From positions 1 to 41,029 of the IMG/VR virus record IMGVR_UViG_3300017766_002845: a stretch of DNA of 41,029 nucleotides. One strand, 5' to 3'. The position numbers and the translations under genes were made by a program. Below are positions 26,516-34,588 of this stretch, one piece after another. The notes below the pieces were generated by a model. It was not told where the DNA came from and searched no databases. It saw only the letters and a program-made list of their open reading frames with translations. How positions within the stretch are numbered: the first letter of the stretch is position 1; every line of letters begins with the position of its first letter. Origin of the DNA: a virus (Duplodnaviria > Caudoviricetes).

Positions 26516-27106
26516 TTACGCGATGTCGTCGGCGTCGCTGCCGTCGCTCACGTCCTCGAACTCGTCCTCGCTCGCTGGGCGGCCGGCGCTGAAGGCGTCA
26601 CCGTCCTTGGCGAACTGCACACCGCGCAGCTGCGCGTTGATGCGGCTGCCACCTTTGGGGTGGTCCTTCTGCGGCCAGAACTCGATGCTCGCGTTCACGA
26701 AGCAGCCGGCGTAGACCCGGCCGCTGGTTTGCTTGAGCGGGGTGCGGTCGCGGTCCAGCACGGTGGGTGGCACGTCGGCCTGGGCGCCAGCGCTGATGAA
26801 GTAGTTGCCCTCGAAGCCGTCGAACTTGGCCTTGAGATCGCCGTCGTGCAGCGCCAGGCGGTCCTGCTTCTCGAGCAGCTTCTTCGTGGCGGGCCACTTG
26901 TCGCCCCACTTGCCGGCGCCCACGGCGTCCATCTTCGAGCGGATCTCGGCGATCTGCGGGTGGTCCGTCGGGATGATCAGCGTGGCGCCGAAGCGGGGCT
27001 TGTCGCCGGGGTTCACGGCCTTGGCTTCCCACAGTTCAGGGAAGGCCAGGCGCACGCCTTTGAGGAGCATGCGGCCGGGGGTGTCGGTGGTTTTGGTGTC
27101 GCTCAT
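26516..27106 (-). CDS. single-stranded DNA-binding protein (DUF2815)
   Basis: VRLAFPELW, LHDGD, VYAGCFVNA, LRGVQFAKDGDAF, acidic tail. Confidence 0.9.
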   Translation of the reverse strand: MSDTKTTDTPGRMLLKGVRLAFPELWEAKAVNPGDKPRFGATLIIPTDHPQIAEIRSKMDAVGAGKWGDKWPATKKLLEKQDRLALHDGDLKAKFDGFEGNYFISAGAQADVPPTVLDRDRTPLKQTSGRVYAGCFVNASIEFWPQKDHPKGGSRINAQLRGVQFAKDGDAFSAGRPASEDEFEDVSDGSDADDIA

Positions 27107-27133
27107 GGGGATGGTCTTTCAATGGTTGTGCTG

Positions 27134-28411
27134 TTAAGCGATGTCGTCGTTGGTCACGTCTGCGAAGTCATCCACCGCCGGTGTGACCTGAATGGCCGGC
27201 CGTGGATCAGAGACGGGTGCCACATGAGGCTTGCCGTCGGTCTGTGTGATGAGCGCCTGCAGCTTGGGCCACTGGCGCTTGCCGATCTTCTCTGCCTTGG
27301 CCAGCTTGTCGGCCGTGGTGGGGGAGATCAGTTTCAGGTCGTACATTTCCTCCTGCTTGAGCCTGAACGTCTTGAGCATTTCCTCGGCGGCCTTGGCGTC
27401 GCTCCAGGTGCGGTTGCCTCGTTTGCCCTGCACCACCTTGTAGCCCGGCACGTCCTCGCCAGCCAGCAGACGGCGGTCGGTCTCGGCGCGCACCGCCTTG
27501 CACCAGTCCTCGATCTGGTCGACCTTGCTCATGCACGCGGCGAGCCACGCGACGGTGTCGTCCTTGCCAGGCGTGGCGATCTCGTCCAGGAAGTCGTCTG
27601 GCGCAGCAGCAACGAGACCACTGCCGCCTACTTCGGTCTCGACCACATTGCGCAGCGCCGGGCAGGTGGCCTTGACGCGGCAGAAGCGGCAGCTGTCCTC
27701 GGCCGGGCGCAGGAACGTCGACTCCCACTCGCTGTCGCCAGCGCGGTAGGTGCTGATGGCCGAGAGCGCGGACATGGCGGCCGGGGTCGCCTCGGTCTTG
27801 GCCCAGGCCAGCAGGTCTTCGATGGTGCAGTCCCACTCGCTGGGCTTCTCGTTGATGCGCGGCTGGCTGATCACCATGCGCACGCGCTTGAAGTCGCCCA
27901 GGTCGCCGAACTGCGCCAGCGCGCCGAGGGCGTACAGGCTCATCTGGTCGTTGCCTTCGGCGTCCACCTGCACGCCCATGCCGGTCTTCAGGTCGATGAC
28001 GATGATCTCGTCGCCGCGCAGGATCACGGCGTCGCCGGTGCCCCAGGCCAGGTCGGCCTTCACGCCGAGGTAGCTGCTGTAGTTCAGCTTGCTCTCGACC
28101 ATGAGGTAGCCGTCCTCGCCGGTGTACTCACGCACATGGCGCAGGTACACGTTGATGCACTCGGCCATCTCCTCGCTCTTGACGATGGTGAAGCCCTCGC
28201 ACTCCACCTCTTCGTCGTAGGAGATGGCCATGCTGTTCACGCCGTAGGCGCTCAGCAACAGCTGGGCGGCCCAGTCGTGCGCCACGGTGCCCCAGGCGGC
28301 GTACTGGCTGGTGGAGTCGGGCTTGCCCTTCTCCATGGCCAGCTTGCCGGGGCACAGGCGAATGGCTTTGAAGCCACTCGCACTGAGCAGTGCGTGTGCT
28401 GGTTCGGTCAT
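27134..28411 (-). CDS. DUF2800 Cas4-like PD-(D/E)xK exonuclease
   Basis: HALLSAS..CPG, GTVAH, WGTGD, IDLKTGMG, QMSLYALGA, CRFCRVKATC; GGAG RBS before ATG 28411. Confidence 0.9.
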   Translation of the reverse strand: MTEPAHALLSASGFKAIRLCPGKLAMEKGKPDSTSQYAAWGTVAHDWAAQLLLSAYGVNSMAISYDEEVECEGFTIVKSEEMAECINVYLRHVREYTGEDGYLMVESKLNYSSYLGVKADLAWGTGDAVILRGDEIIVIDLKTGMGVQVDAEGNDQMSLYALGALAQFGDLGDFKRVRMVISQPRINEKPSEWDCTIEDLLAWAKTEATPAAMSALSAISTYRAGDSEWESTFLRPAEDSCRFCRVKATCPALRNVVETEVGGSGLVAAAPDDFLDEIATPGKDDTVAWLAACMSKVDQIEDWCKAVRAETDRRLLAGEDVPGYKVVQGKRGNRTWSDAKAAEEMLKTFRLKQEEMYDLKLISPTTADKLAKAEKIGKRQWPKLQALITQTDGKPHVAPVSDPRPAIQVTPAVDDFADVTNDDIA

Positions 28412-28578
28412 GCCAGGATCTCCGCGATCAGGTTGAGGAGAAGCATCGCGAACACAATCCAGTTGCCCACGCGCAGATCGGACCACGATGGTTGGTAGCC
28501 CTGGCGCATGCGGTAGCGGTCCACCAGCATGCCGGCAATCCACGCCACCAAGCCGATGCTGAGTAGGATGATGCTCAT
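28408..28578 (-). CDS. small 2-TM membrane protein
   Basis: MSIILLSIGLVAWIAGMLV...WIVFAMLLLNLIAEILA; ATGA-coupled. Confidence 0.6.
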   Translation of the reverse strand: MSIILLSIGLVAWIAGMLVDRYRMRQGYQPSWSDLRVGNWIVFAMLLLNLIAEILA

Positions 28579-28907
28579 GGCTTCAGCGCTTTCTGCACAG
28601 CGGCGTCGACCTGGCTGGCGGTCACGGGCTTGAGCTTCTGCACGTAGGCCCACGCGTCCTTCGGCTCCATGAACGCGATGGCGTCACGGTGCTTGGAGGC
28701 CTCGGCGCGGAAGAACTCTTGGATCGCGGTGCTGTACAGCAACCGCGTCCGGTCGAAGGCCTGCACCTTGGCGCGCGCTGCGGCAATGTGCTTGGGCTCA
28801 GTGCCTTGCGCGCGCTTCAGGAAAGGGCCCATAGCGGGGAGGCCAAACAGTTCGCCAGAGCGGCGGTTTATGGCCTCGCGCTGGGCCGGTGTCATCTTGT
28901 CGGCCAT
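28575..28907 (-). CDS. hypothetical protein
   Basis: AGGAG RBS before ATG 28907; MADKMTPAQREA. Confidence 0.65.
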   Translation of the reverse strand: MADKMTPAQREAINRRSGELFGLPAMGPFLKRAQGTEPKHIAAARAKVQAFDRTRLLYSTAIQEFFRAEASKHRDAIAFMEPKDAWAYVQKLKPVTASQVDAAVQKALKP

Positions 28908-28908
28908 G

Positions 28909-29136
28909 TCAGTGGCTCCTTGCTTTGTTGCGCCGCTTCGCAGCGGCTCGTTGGAAGGCCTTGGTGCCGGTCTGGCGGTGGGGGCGCTTGCCGCCCTTGC
29001 CACGGCTCTCGTAGGGGCCGATGGCGTTGAACGCCATCTGCTGGCTAGGGCCGGGCATGGGGTGCGCGGCCATGACAGCGCCGATGGCCGCCATCATGGC
29101 GCGCACAGCCTTGAATGGCTGGCTGCGCTGCATCAC
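28909..29136 (-). CDS. small basic hypothetical protein
   Basis: YESRGKGGK...QRAAAKRRNK basic tail. Confidence 0.6.
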   Translation of the reverse strand: MMQRSQPFKAVRAMMAAIGAVMAAHPMPGPSQQMAFNAIGPYESRGKGGKRPHRQTGTKAFQRAAAKRRNKARSH

Positions 29137-29594
29137 GCCACCTCGGCGGTGAGCTCAGCGTGCAGGGCGATGACGCGGTCGCGCGCCTCGGCCCAGCGCG
29201 TGGCCGGCAGTTCCTTGAAGGTCGGCGCGCCCATTTCGGCAGCGATGGCCAGCACCTTGGCCTTTGGCTCGGCGCCCAGGCCAGCGACCTTGAAGACCTC
29301 CTTCTGCAGGTCGCTGTAGGGGATGGTCTCAGCGTCGGTCGCGCCGGCTGATTTCGAGCCCTCGGTCGAGGAGGCACTGGAGGCAGCGTCGGTCGCCGGT
29401 TGTGAAGAGGCCGCAGCAGCCGGCGGGGAGGCCGGCTTCTTCTCGACTTTTCCCTCGGCTTTGGCCTTCTCAGGTGTGGGCGCCGGGGTGGCGTTCTTCT
29501 CGACAACGGCGGTGGCATTGCCGGCCATGGCGCCGAGCAGGCGGGCTGCCTCGGTCAGGCTGTCGAACTCAAAGGTCAGGATGATCTTGCTCAT
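29133..29594 (-). CDS. hypothetical replication-module protein (low-complexity linker plus helical C-terminus)
   Basis: Ala/Pro/Ser linker, then GAPTFKELPATRW; this architecture is commonly seen upstream of DUF2800 genes. Confidence 0.7.
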   Translation of the reverse strand: MSKIILTFEFDSLTEAARLLGAMAGNATAVVEKNATPAPTPEKAKAEGKVEKKPASPPAAAASSQPATDAASSASSTEGSKSAGATDAETIPYSDLQKEVFKVAGLGAEPKAKVLAIAAEMGAPTFKELPATRWAEARDRVIALHAELTAEVA

Positions 29595-29631
29595 GGGATG
29601 GTTCTCAGGTTGAGGTTTGCAGGGTGGGAGA

Positions 29632-30027
29632 TCAGATGGCCAGGCGGGCGAGGATGTCGATCAGCTGGCGGTTGGCGATGCGGACGCGGTTGGCGTGGTG
29701 GGCCAAGCCGACGACCAGCGCCGAGTTGGTGTAGCCGCAGCTGTCGACGCTGGGTTGTTCCGGGTCGCACGGCGCGGCCTCCAGCGCGCCGTCCAGGCGT
29801 TCGTACAGGCGCTGGATCAGTTGGGCCTGTTCGTCCAACTGATAGACCATGTCGGCGGTGGCGCGGGAGAGGGGGATCTCACGCAAAATGTCGCCCTTCT
29901 GGGGTGGCGGCATCGCGCGGCCAGCGTCGGTGTCGCGGCGCAGGAAGCCCGGGGCGTCGGCGGCTTGGCGCTCTGCGCGGTGACGCATGTCTAGTGGGTC
30001 GTAGCGGCTGGTGGTATCGAAGGCCAT
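29632..30027 (-). CDS. hypothetical protein
   Basis: 131-aa ORF ending ILARLAI; start uncertain. Confidence 0.6.
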   Translation of the reverse strand: MAFDTTSRYDPLDMRHRAERQAADAPGFLRRDTDAGRAMPPPQKGDILREIPLSRATADMVYQLDEQAQLIQRLYERLDGALEAAPCDPEQPSVDSCGYTNSALVVGLAHHANRVRIANRQLIDILARLAI

Positions 30028-30032
30028 GATGC

Positions 30033-30284
30033 TCAGACCGGTTCGCTGGAGGAGGGCGCGCCGTTGTAGGCGGGCGAGAGGAGCTCGACGCGGTTGCCCG
30101 GCGCCTCGTTGGTATGCGCGATGGCGGCACTGTTGCGCGGCGCCTCGGTGTCGAACGCCTCGTAGTCGATGAAGTTCACGCCGCTGTACTTCAGCACCAC
30201 GAACTTGCCGTCGGCGACGGCCTTGCGAGAAGCGGACTCGACGGCCTCGCTGTTTTTCTGGATGATCTGGTTCAGGTCGTTCAT
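30033..30284 (-). CDS. hypothetical protein, first gene after the promoter
   Basis: GAGGA RBS before ATG 30284; MNDLNQIIQKN. Confidence 0.65.
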   Translation of the reverse strand: MNDLNQIIQKNSEAVESASRKAVADGKFVVLKYSGVNFIDYEAFDTEAPRNSAAIAHTNEAPGNRVELLSPAYNGAPSSSEPV

Positions 30285-30314
30285 GGAAGTCCTCAAAGGT
30301 TGGTTGAAACTCAT

Positions 30315-30362
30315 CAGCAGGTGCTGAGCGCTGAGTGTAGCATGTGCTGCACGTTGCGCTCA
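30315..30362 (-). promoter_or_regulatory. extended -10 promoter with two palindromic operators
   Basis: Minus strand TGc-TACACT; tagcatgtgctg at 30338-30349 and cagcaggtgctg at 30315-30326. Confidence 0.65.
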
Positions 30363-30375
30363 GCTTTTCTGTGAT

Positions 30376-30657
30376 TTATTTTGGCTTGCGGCCGGGGCCG
30401 GCTTCGCGCGGTTGGATAAACCCATCGACCCCGATCATGCCGACGAGGGCCGCGTGCACCGCGCTAACCGCGCGGCGGGCGTCGGTCTTGTCGCGGTGCC
30501 CTTGACTGCTTTGGCACATCGTTTCCCCGTTGGCGCCGACCAACCGCCAGTTGACCCGCCAGCCGTCCGGGTCTAGGGGTCGGGTCAAGCCCCCTTTAGG
30601 TCCGCGCAAAACGCGGCCTGTCCAGTAATACCCGATCTTCGGTTTGCGTGCGGCCAT
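30376..30657 (-). CDS. YegP/DUF1508-like protein
   Basis: WRLVGANGETMCQSSQGHRDKTDARRAV; AGGAG RBS. Confidence 0.65.
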   Translation of the reverse strand: MAARKPKIGYYWTGRVLRGPKGGLTRPLDPDGWRVNWRLVGANGETMCQSSQGHRDKTDARRAVSAVHAALVGMIGVDGFIQPREAGPGRKPK

Positions 30658-30710
30658 GGTGCGGGCTCCTAGTTGCTCTGGCCCGGGGGCCAGAGCGGGT
30701 TGCGGTTGAC

Positions 30711-31370
30711 TTACTTGGCCGCCAGTCGTGCACGCACGATGGGGTCGTTGCCGGTGTAGCCAGCCACGGGCGCGGAGGCTGCGGCAGGAGCAGCGGCGGC
30801 CACCTTCTTCACGGGGCACTTCGTGCCGGCGGCTTCCATCGCGGCTGCGATCTCGGCCTTCTGGCACAGGCGAGCCAGCGCGGCGGTGGTCTGGCCCACA
30901 GCCTGGAGGGCCTGCGCGTCGTAGCGCAGGTCGCAGCTGTCGTCGGTCCAGGTGGTGCCGAACGACAGGCCGAAGGTGCCCTGCGCGCCGACGCTGGAGG
31001 AGCCCATGCAGGTGCCGTTGCTGGCCGTCAGCGGTGCGGCGTAGGCGGTGGCCGCCGTGCGGTAGGTCTCGGCCGCTTCCACGGTGATGACGTTGCCGCC
31101 GGAGTTCGACACAGCCTTCTGCGCTTGGCCCTGGATCTGGCCTTGTTGCTGGCCCTGCACGTTGCTCACGTCGGTTCGCACCGAGGTGATGTTCGTGGCC
31201 GAGGCACCGGCGGTGGCCGACGCTGCAGCTGCGGCGCCAGCGGTGGCCGAGGCGTTGCCGCCAGCGCCGCCCGCACCACCTTGGTTGTTGGTGGTGTCAC
31301 CAAAGTTGACGGCCATGGCCGAGGTGGAGATGAAGGCCAGAGCGGCCAGGGAGAGGAGAGTGCGTTTCAT
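30711..31370 (-). CDS. exported protein with Sec signal peptide and Cys-containing C-terminal domain
   Basis: MKRTLLSLAALAFISTSAMA signal; G/A/Q-rich linker; CMGSSSVGAQG...WTDDSCDLR...LC...C. Confidence 0.8.
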   Translation of the reverse strand: MKRTLLSLAALAFISTSAMAVNFGDTTNNQGGAGGAGGNASATAGAAAAASATAGASATNITSVRTDVSNVQGQQQGQIQGQAQKAVSNSGGNVITVEAAETYRTAATAYAAPLTASNGTCMGSSSVGAQGTFGLSFGTTWTDDSCDLRYDAQALQAVGQTTAALARLCQKAEIAAAMEAAGTKCPVKKVAAAAPAAASAPVAGYTGNDPIVRARLAAK

Positions 31371-31407
31371 GGTGATGCCCTTTCAAGGCGTTGAGGTTCA
31401 AAAAATT

Positions 31408-31456
31408 CAGCGGATTGCTGAAACTTGACTATAGCAGATGCTGTGGTGAATGTGTG
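31408..31456 (-). promoter_or_regulatory. extended -10 promoter with palindromic operator
   Basis: Minus strand TGc-TATAGT; tagcagatgctg at 31432-31443; variant cagcggattgctg at 31408-31420. Confidence 0.65.
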
Positions 31457-31467
31457 CGTGAAAGATT

Positions 31468-32097
31468 TCACGAAGCCGTGCGAATCATTTCGTTGAGCCT
31501 GTCGGCCAGCACCTTCGCCTCGTGGGCGATGACACCCGCCTGGCCGGCCAGCTTGGTGAGCTCGTTGCCGTCGACCATGCGCGTGCGGCCGATCTTCGCC
31601 GGGGTGTACAGGTGGGCCATGCCTTTGAACACCTGGGGCGTGAACTCGGCAGCCTCGTCGAACCAGACGGCGTCATGCCGGCGGCCCTGGATCTCGACCG
31701 GCTTGCTGGGGAGCAGAGCGTTGCGCTGCTCGGCCCAGCGTAGCCATCCGGCCTTGTCGGTGAAAGGCACCTGAAACGTCCCGTGCTCCGGGGCGCCGTC
31801 GCGCAACACCCACCACGCGTTGTTCCAAAAGACGCAGCCCCTTGCCGGGTCGATGCGCGGCACGCGGGCGTCTTCTGGCCAGTAGTCGGTCCAGCAGTGC
31901 ACCGGGTTGCGCTCGGGCCCGAGGCTCTTTACGTTGTCCTCTGGCAGACAGCGCTGGTACCAGACGGCACCGTCCCAAAAGCGCCAGAAGTCAGTGAAGT
32001 CCATCGCGCGGGGCTTGGGTTCGGTGGTGGCGTTCCACCACCCGGCGTGGGGTGGGTTGCCCTTGTTCCAGATGCGGTGTGTGGCTGTCGATTTCAT
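31468..32097 (-). CDS. Trp-rich hypothetical protein
   Basis: AGGAG RBS; WNKGNPPHAGWW...RFWDGAVW. Confidence 0.7.
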   Translation of the reverse strand: MKSTATHRIWNKGNPPHAGWWNATTEPKPRAMDFTDFWRFWDGAVWYQRCLPEDNVKSLGPERNPVHCWTDYWPEDARVPRIDPARGCVFWNNAWWVLRDGAPEHGTFQVPFTDKAGWLRWAEQRNALLPSKPVEIQGRRHDAVWFDEAAEFTPQVFKGMAHLYTPAKIGRTRMVDGNELTKLAGQAGVIAHEAKVLADRLNEMIRTAS

Positions 32098-32303
32098 GTT
32101 GTGGCTCCTTGTTGAAAATGGGTGTTGTGCGCGGGGCAGTAGTGGTTGCGGCAGACCGACCCGCAGCTGCCGGGGCAGGGTTCCTTGGCGACGTGCAGGT
32201 TGGCGTTGAACAGCTGGCGCTCGCTCGGCGGCTTCGCCGGGGTGGGCGGTGCAGCAGGGAAGCGGAAGCCCAAGGCGTGGAGTTCTCCGTTGAACGCGCC
32301 CAT
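32094..32303 (-). CDS. small Cys-rich hypothetical protein
   Basis: CPGSCGSVCRNHYCPAH; AAGGA RBS. Confidence 0.55.
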   Translation of the reverse strand: MGAFNGELHALGFRFPAAPPTPAKPPSERQLFNANLHVAKEPCPGSCGSVCRNHYCPAHNTHFQQGATT

Positions 32304-32304
32304 C

Positions 32305-32544
32305 TCAATTTCCTTTCAGGGTGTTGGCGCAGCTGGCGCAGTAATAGGCTTTGAACGGGGCGCCGTCGAGGTCGGCAAAGCCGGTGCCCTCCCAGACCTC
32401 GGCGGCGCACATGGTGCGGAACCCGGCGGGCGCGTTGAGCACCTGCTTGGGGTTGACGCAGCGGCCCAGCCGGGCGGCGCCCAGCCCGTGGCGCTTCAGG
32501 ATCGGGTTGAGCACGGTGCTCACAGGGATGGGTTGCAGGTTCAC
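32305..32544 (-). CDS. hypothetical protein
   Basis: GTG coupled to the upstream stop; ADLDGAPFKAYYCASC. Confidence 0.65.
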   Translation of the reverse strand: MNLQPIPVSTVLNPILKRHGLGAARLGRCVNPKQVLNAPAGFRTMCAAEVWEGTGFADLDGAPFKAYYCASCANTLKGN

Positions 32545-32918
32545 TCGGTGGCTCCCAAAAAGCGGATGAAGAAAGCGGGGTTGAACTCACCCCACTGGTC
32601 GGCCCGGGGGCCGATCAGCTGGCCGTCGCCGGTGTCGGGGCAGTAGGCGGCGTAGCAGTCTTGACCGAACACGGCCCCGAGCGCGGCGCCCAGCGCGTCC
32701 AGCTGCCGGTAGCTGGCGTCAGCCAGCTTCGCCACCAGCACGTTCTCGTGGACGGTCTCGCCGTCGCGCTGGTAGCTGGTATCGGTGCGGTACATGCTGG
32801 CCTGCGGGTCGATGTGGCGCAGCAGGGCGCGCACGGCGCGGTCCCGCTCGGTGATGGCCGGGCCCTCGTTGGGTTGGCCTTCGATGTCGAGGCCGATGTT
32901 CAGTTCGATGGTGCTCAT
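32541..32918 (-). CDS. putative S-adenosylmethionine lyase (T3 SAMase-like)
   Basis: SYQRDGETVHENVLV...LGAVFGQDCYAAYCPDTGDGQL resembles the T3 gp0.3 core as recalled (GCYRE...EEKTV...WEQDCVLVY); early-region location. Confidence 0.55.
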   Translation of the reverse strand: MSTIELNIGLDIEGQPNEGPAITERDRAVRALLRHIDPQASMYRTDTSYQRDGETVHENVLVAKLADASYRQLDALGAALGAVFGQDCYAAYCPDTGDGQLIGPRADQWGEFNPAFFIRFLGATE

Positions 32919-32921
32919 GGG

Positions 32922-33125
32922 TTACTCCAGTGGTTGGACGTGGAGCACGACCTCGGTGGTGCCGTGCTTGGTGGCGTTGGTGCGAACGATCTTCACGCCG
33001 ATGCGCTCGCAGAGCAGAGCGATGGCCTTGTCACGGTCGGCGTCGGTCAGGCTGTCGCCGACCATGCCGAAGCCGTAGAGCACGTCCTCGAACACGGCGT
33101 CGCCGTTCTGGTTCAGTCGGACCAT
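32922..33125 (-). CDS. hypothetical protein
   Basis: AGGAG RBS; 67 aa. Confidence 0.65.
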   Translation of the reverse strand: MVRLNQNGDAVFEDVLYGFGMVGDSLTDADRDKAIALLCERIGVKIVRTNATKHGTTEVVLHVQPLE

Positions 33126-33128
33126 GGC

Positions 33129-33491
33129 TCAAATCTCCTTGGTTGCGTGGATGAAGTTGGGGTCGGTCTTGCGGTCGCGCTCGTCGCTGAAGTCCGAGCA
33201 GAAAAACTGGGTGACGGTCGGGCGCTCCTCCATCCACAGGCTGATGGGCTCCACACCCAGTTCGCCACAGAGGGCGCGCACGGCGCCGTTCACGCCGGTC
33301 CAGCCGTCGGGGCGATGAGGGTCGTATTCAGCCCGCACGACCAGCAGGTATTCGCCAGTGGCCACGCGGTGCTCGACCTTGCCGCTGCCGTGCTTGAAGC
33401 CCAGCCGGCGCAGCGCCTTGGCGGCTGCGATGACGGGGCCGCCGATTTTGCGGGGGTCGGCGGGCATGGGGATGTTCAGTTCGACGATCAT
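33129..33491 (-). CDS. hypothetical protein, possible divergent paralog of 32541-32918
   Basis: AGGAG RBS before ATG 33491; MIVELNIP...GEYLLVVR...DPNFI. Confidence 0.65.
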   Translation of the reverse strand: MIVELNIPMPADPRKIGGPVIAAAKALRRLGFKHGSGKVEHRVATGEYLLVVRAEYDPHRPDGWTGVNGAVRALCGELGVEPISLWMEERPTVTQFFCSDFSDERDRKTDPNFIHATKEI

Positions 33492-33492
33492 T

Positions 33493-33645
33493 TCAATTCT
33501 CCTGATGGCGCCGCGCGATGACGGTAAGGGTGAAGCGGTTGCGGATCGTGCCGCCCTCGTGGGCGGTGGCAGCGAGCCACTCGATGGCGGTCGACCAGCG
33601 CCAAGCAACCTGGCGTGTCCCGTAGCTGTCGGTGATGAGGTACAT
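33493..33645 (-). CDS. 50-aa hypothetical protein
   Basis: Not in the ORF track: MYLITDSYGTRQVAWRWSTAIEWLAATAHEGGTIRNRFTLTVIARRHQEN; AAGGA RBS; fills the gap exactly. Confidence 0.6.
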   Translation of the reverse strand: MYLITDSYGTRQVAWRWSTAIEWLAATAHEGGTIRNRFTLTVIARRHQEN

Positions 33646-33648
33646 GGG

Positions 33649-33885
33649 TCAGTCCTTCAGGCCGAACATCGACAACCAGACTTCGGCGGCCAGCTTGTCG
33701 CTGGCGTCGGCATGTGGCGACGTGAGGTTGCGCACGTGTCGGATGGCCACCTCGGCATGATCGAGGCGCTCGAGCGCAGCCTGCACCACGTCAAGACGCA
33801 CGCTGATCCACTCGGCGTGGGGCTCTGGGTGGGGGCCCAGCGGGATTGACTCGCGCAGGTACCGCATAGCGAGAGCGGGCTTCAT
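33649..33885 (-). CDS. hypothetical protein
   Basis: ATGA-coupled 78-aa ORF. Confidence 0.6.
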   Translation of the reverse strand: MKPALAMRYLRESIPLGPHPEPHAEWISVRLDVVQAALERLDHAEVAIRHVRNLTSPHADASDKLAAEVWLSMFGLKD

Positions 33886-34094
33886 GCGACGTCCAGACGA
33901 TACCGGCCGAGGGTGGTGGAGTAGAGAACGTGTGGGCCGTTGGCGTAGAGGTAGGACACCACCACAGCCACCGCGAAGGGGTTGGTTTCGCGCACGGTCT
34001 TGGAGTCGGCCACCGCGAGGGTGATGGCTTCGTGGTCGGTCTTGCCCTGGGCAACAACGCCAGCGCCGCCGGCAATCAATCGAGCTTGGTACAT
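33882..34094 (-). CDS. hypothetical protein, first gene of the leftward early operon
   Basis: AAGGA RBS before ATG 34094; MYQARLIAGG. Confidence 0.65.
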   Translation of the reverse strand: MYQARLIAGGAGVVAQGKTDHEAITLAVADSKTVRETNPFAVAVVVSYLYANGPHVLYSTTLGRYRLDVA

Positions 34095-34127
34095 GTCAGA
34101 TCCTTGGTTGAGTGAAGCGATGACTGC

Positions 34128-34156
34128 AATGTAGCACCTGCTGAAGTCTGTGTCCA
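34128..34156 (-). promoter_or_regulatory. leftward sigma70 promoter with operator
   Basis: TGGACA-17 nt-TACATT with extended TG; tagcacctgctg at 34132-34143. Confidence 0.7.
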
Positions 34157-34170
34157 CACCGCTCGTCGGA

Positions 34171-34199
34171 TTGTGCAGCGACCAGCTAAGCGCTATACT
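34171..34199 (+). promoter_or_regulatory. rightward sigma70 promoter
   Basis: TTGTGC-17 nt-TATACT upstream of the HTH gene. Confidence 0.7.
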
Positions 34200-34237
34200 C
34201 GCGCGGACCATTCCCCCACCCCACCTGAGACCCACCC

Positions 34238-34588
34238 ATGACCACCATGCTTTCGCACTGGATGCGCAAGGCCACCGCCGCCCAACAGCAGGAGCTCGCC
34301 GCAGCGTTGGGCACCTCGCGCGCCTACCTCTACCACCTGGCTGCCAGCCCCGACAAACGCTACGCCCGAGAGCCAGCCCCCGCTCTCGCGGCGCGCATCG
34401 AGGAGGAGACCGAGCGCATGCACAAGGCCAGTGGCGGCGTGCTGCCCCAGCTGTACCGCTCGGACCTGAACAGCGCCTGCCGGCAGTGCCAGTTCGCGGC
34501 CAAGTGCCTGGGCTCCATCGTCAACCGCTCGGACTTCGACGCCGTGATCGAGGACGTGTCGGGCGACACCGAAGGCGGTGCGCCATGA
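34238..34588 (+). CDS. Cro-like HTH transcriptional regulator with C-terminal CxxC motif
   Basis: QQELAAALGTSRAYLYHLA HTH; LAARIE; RSDL; CRQCQFAAKC; sits at the divergence point. Confidence 0.75.
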   Translation: MTTMLSHWMRKATAAQQQELAAALGTSRAYLYHLAASPDKRYAREPAPALAARIEEETERMHKASGGVLPQLYRSDLNSACRQCQFAAKCLGSIVNRSDFDAVIEDVSGDTEGGAP

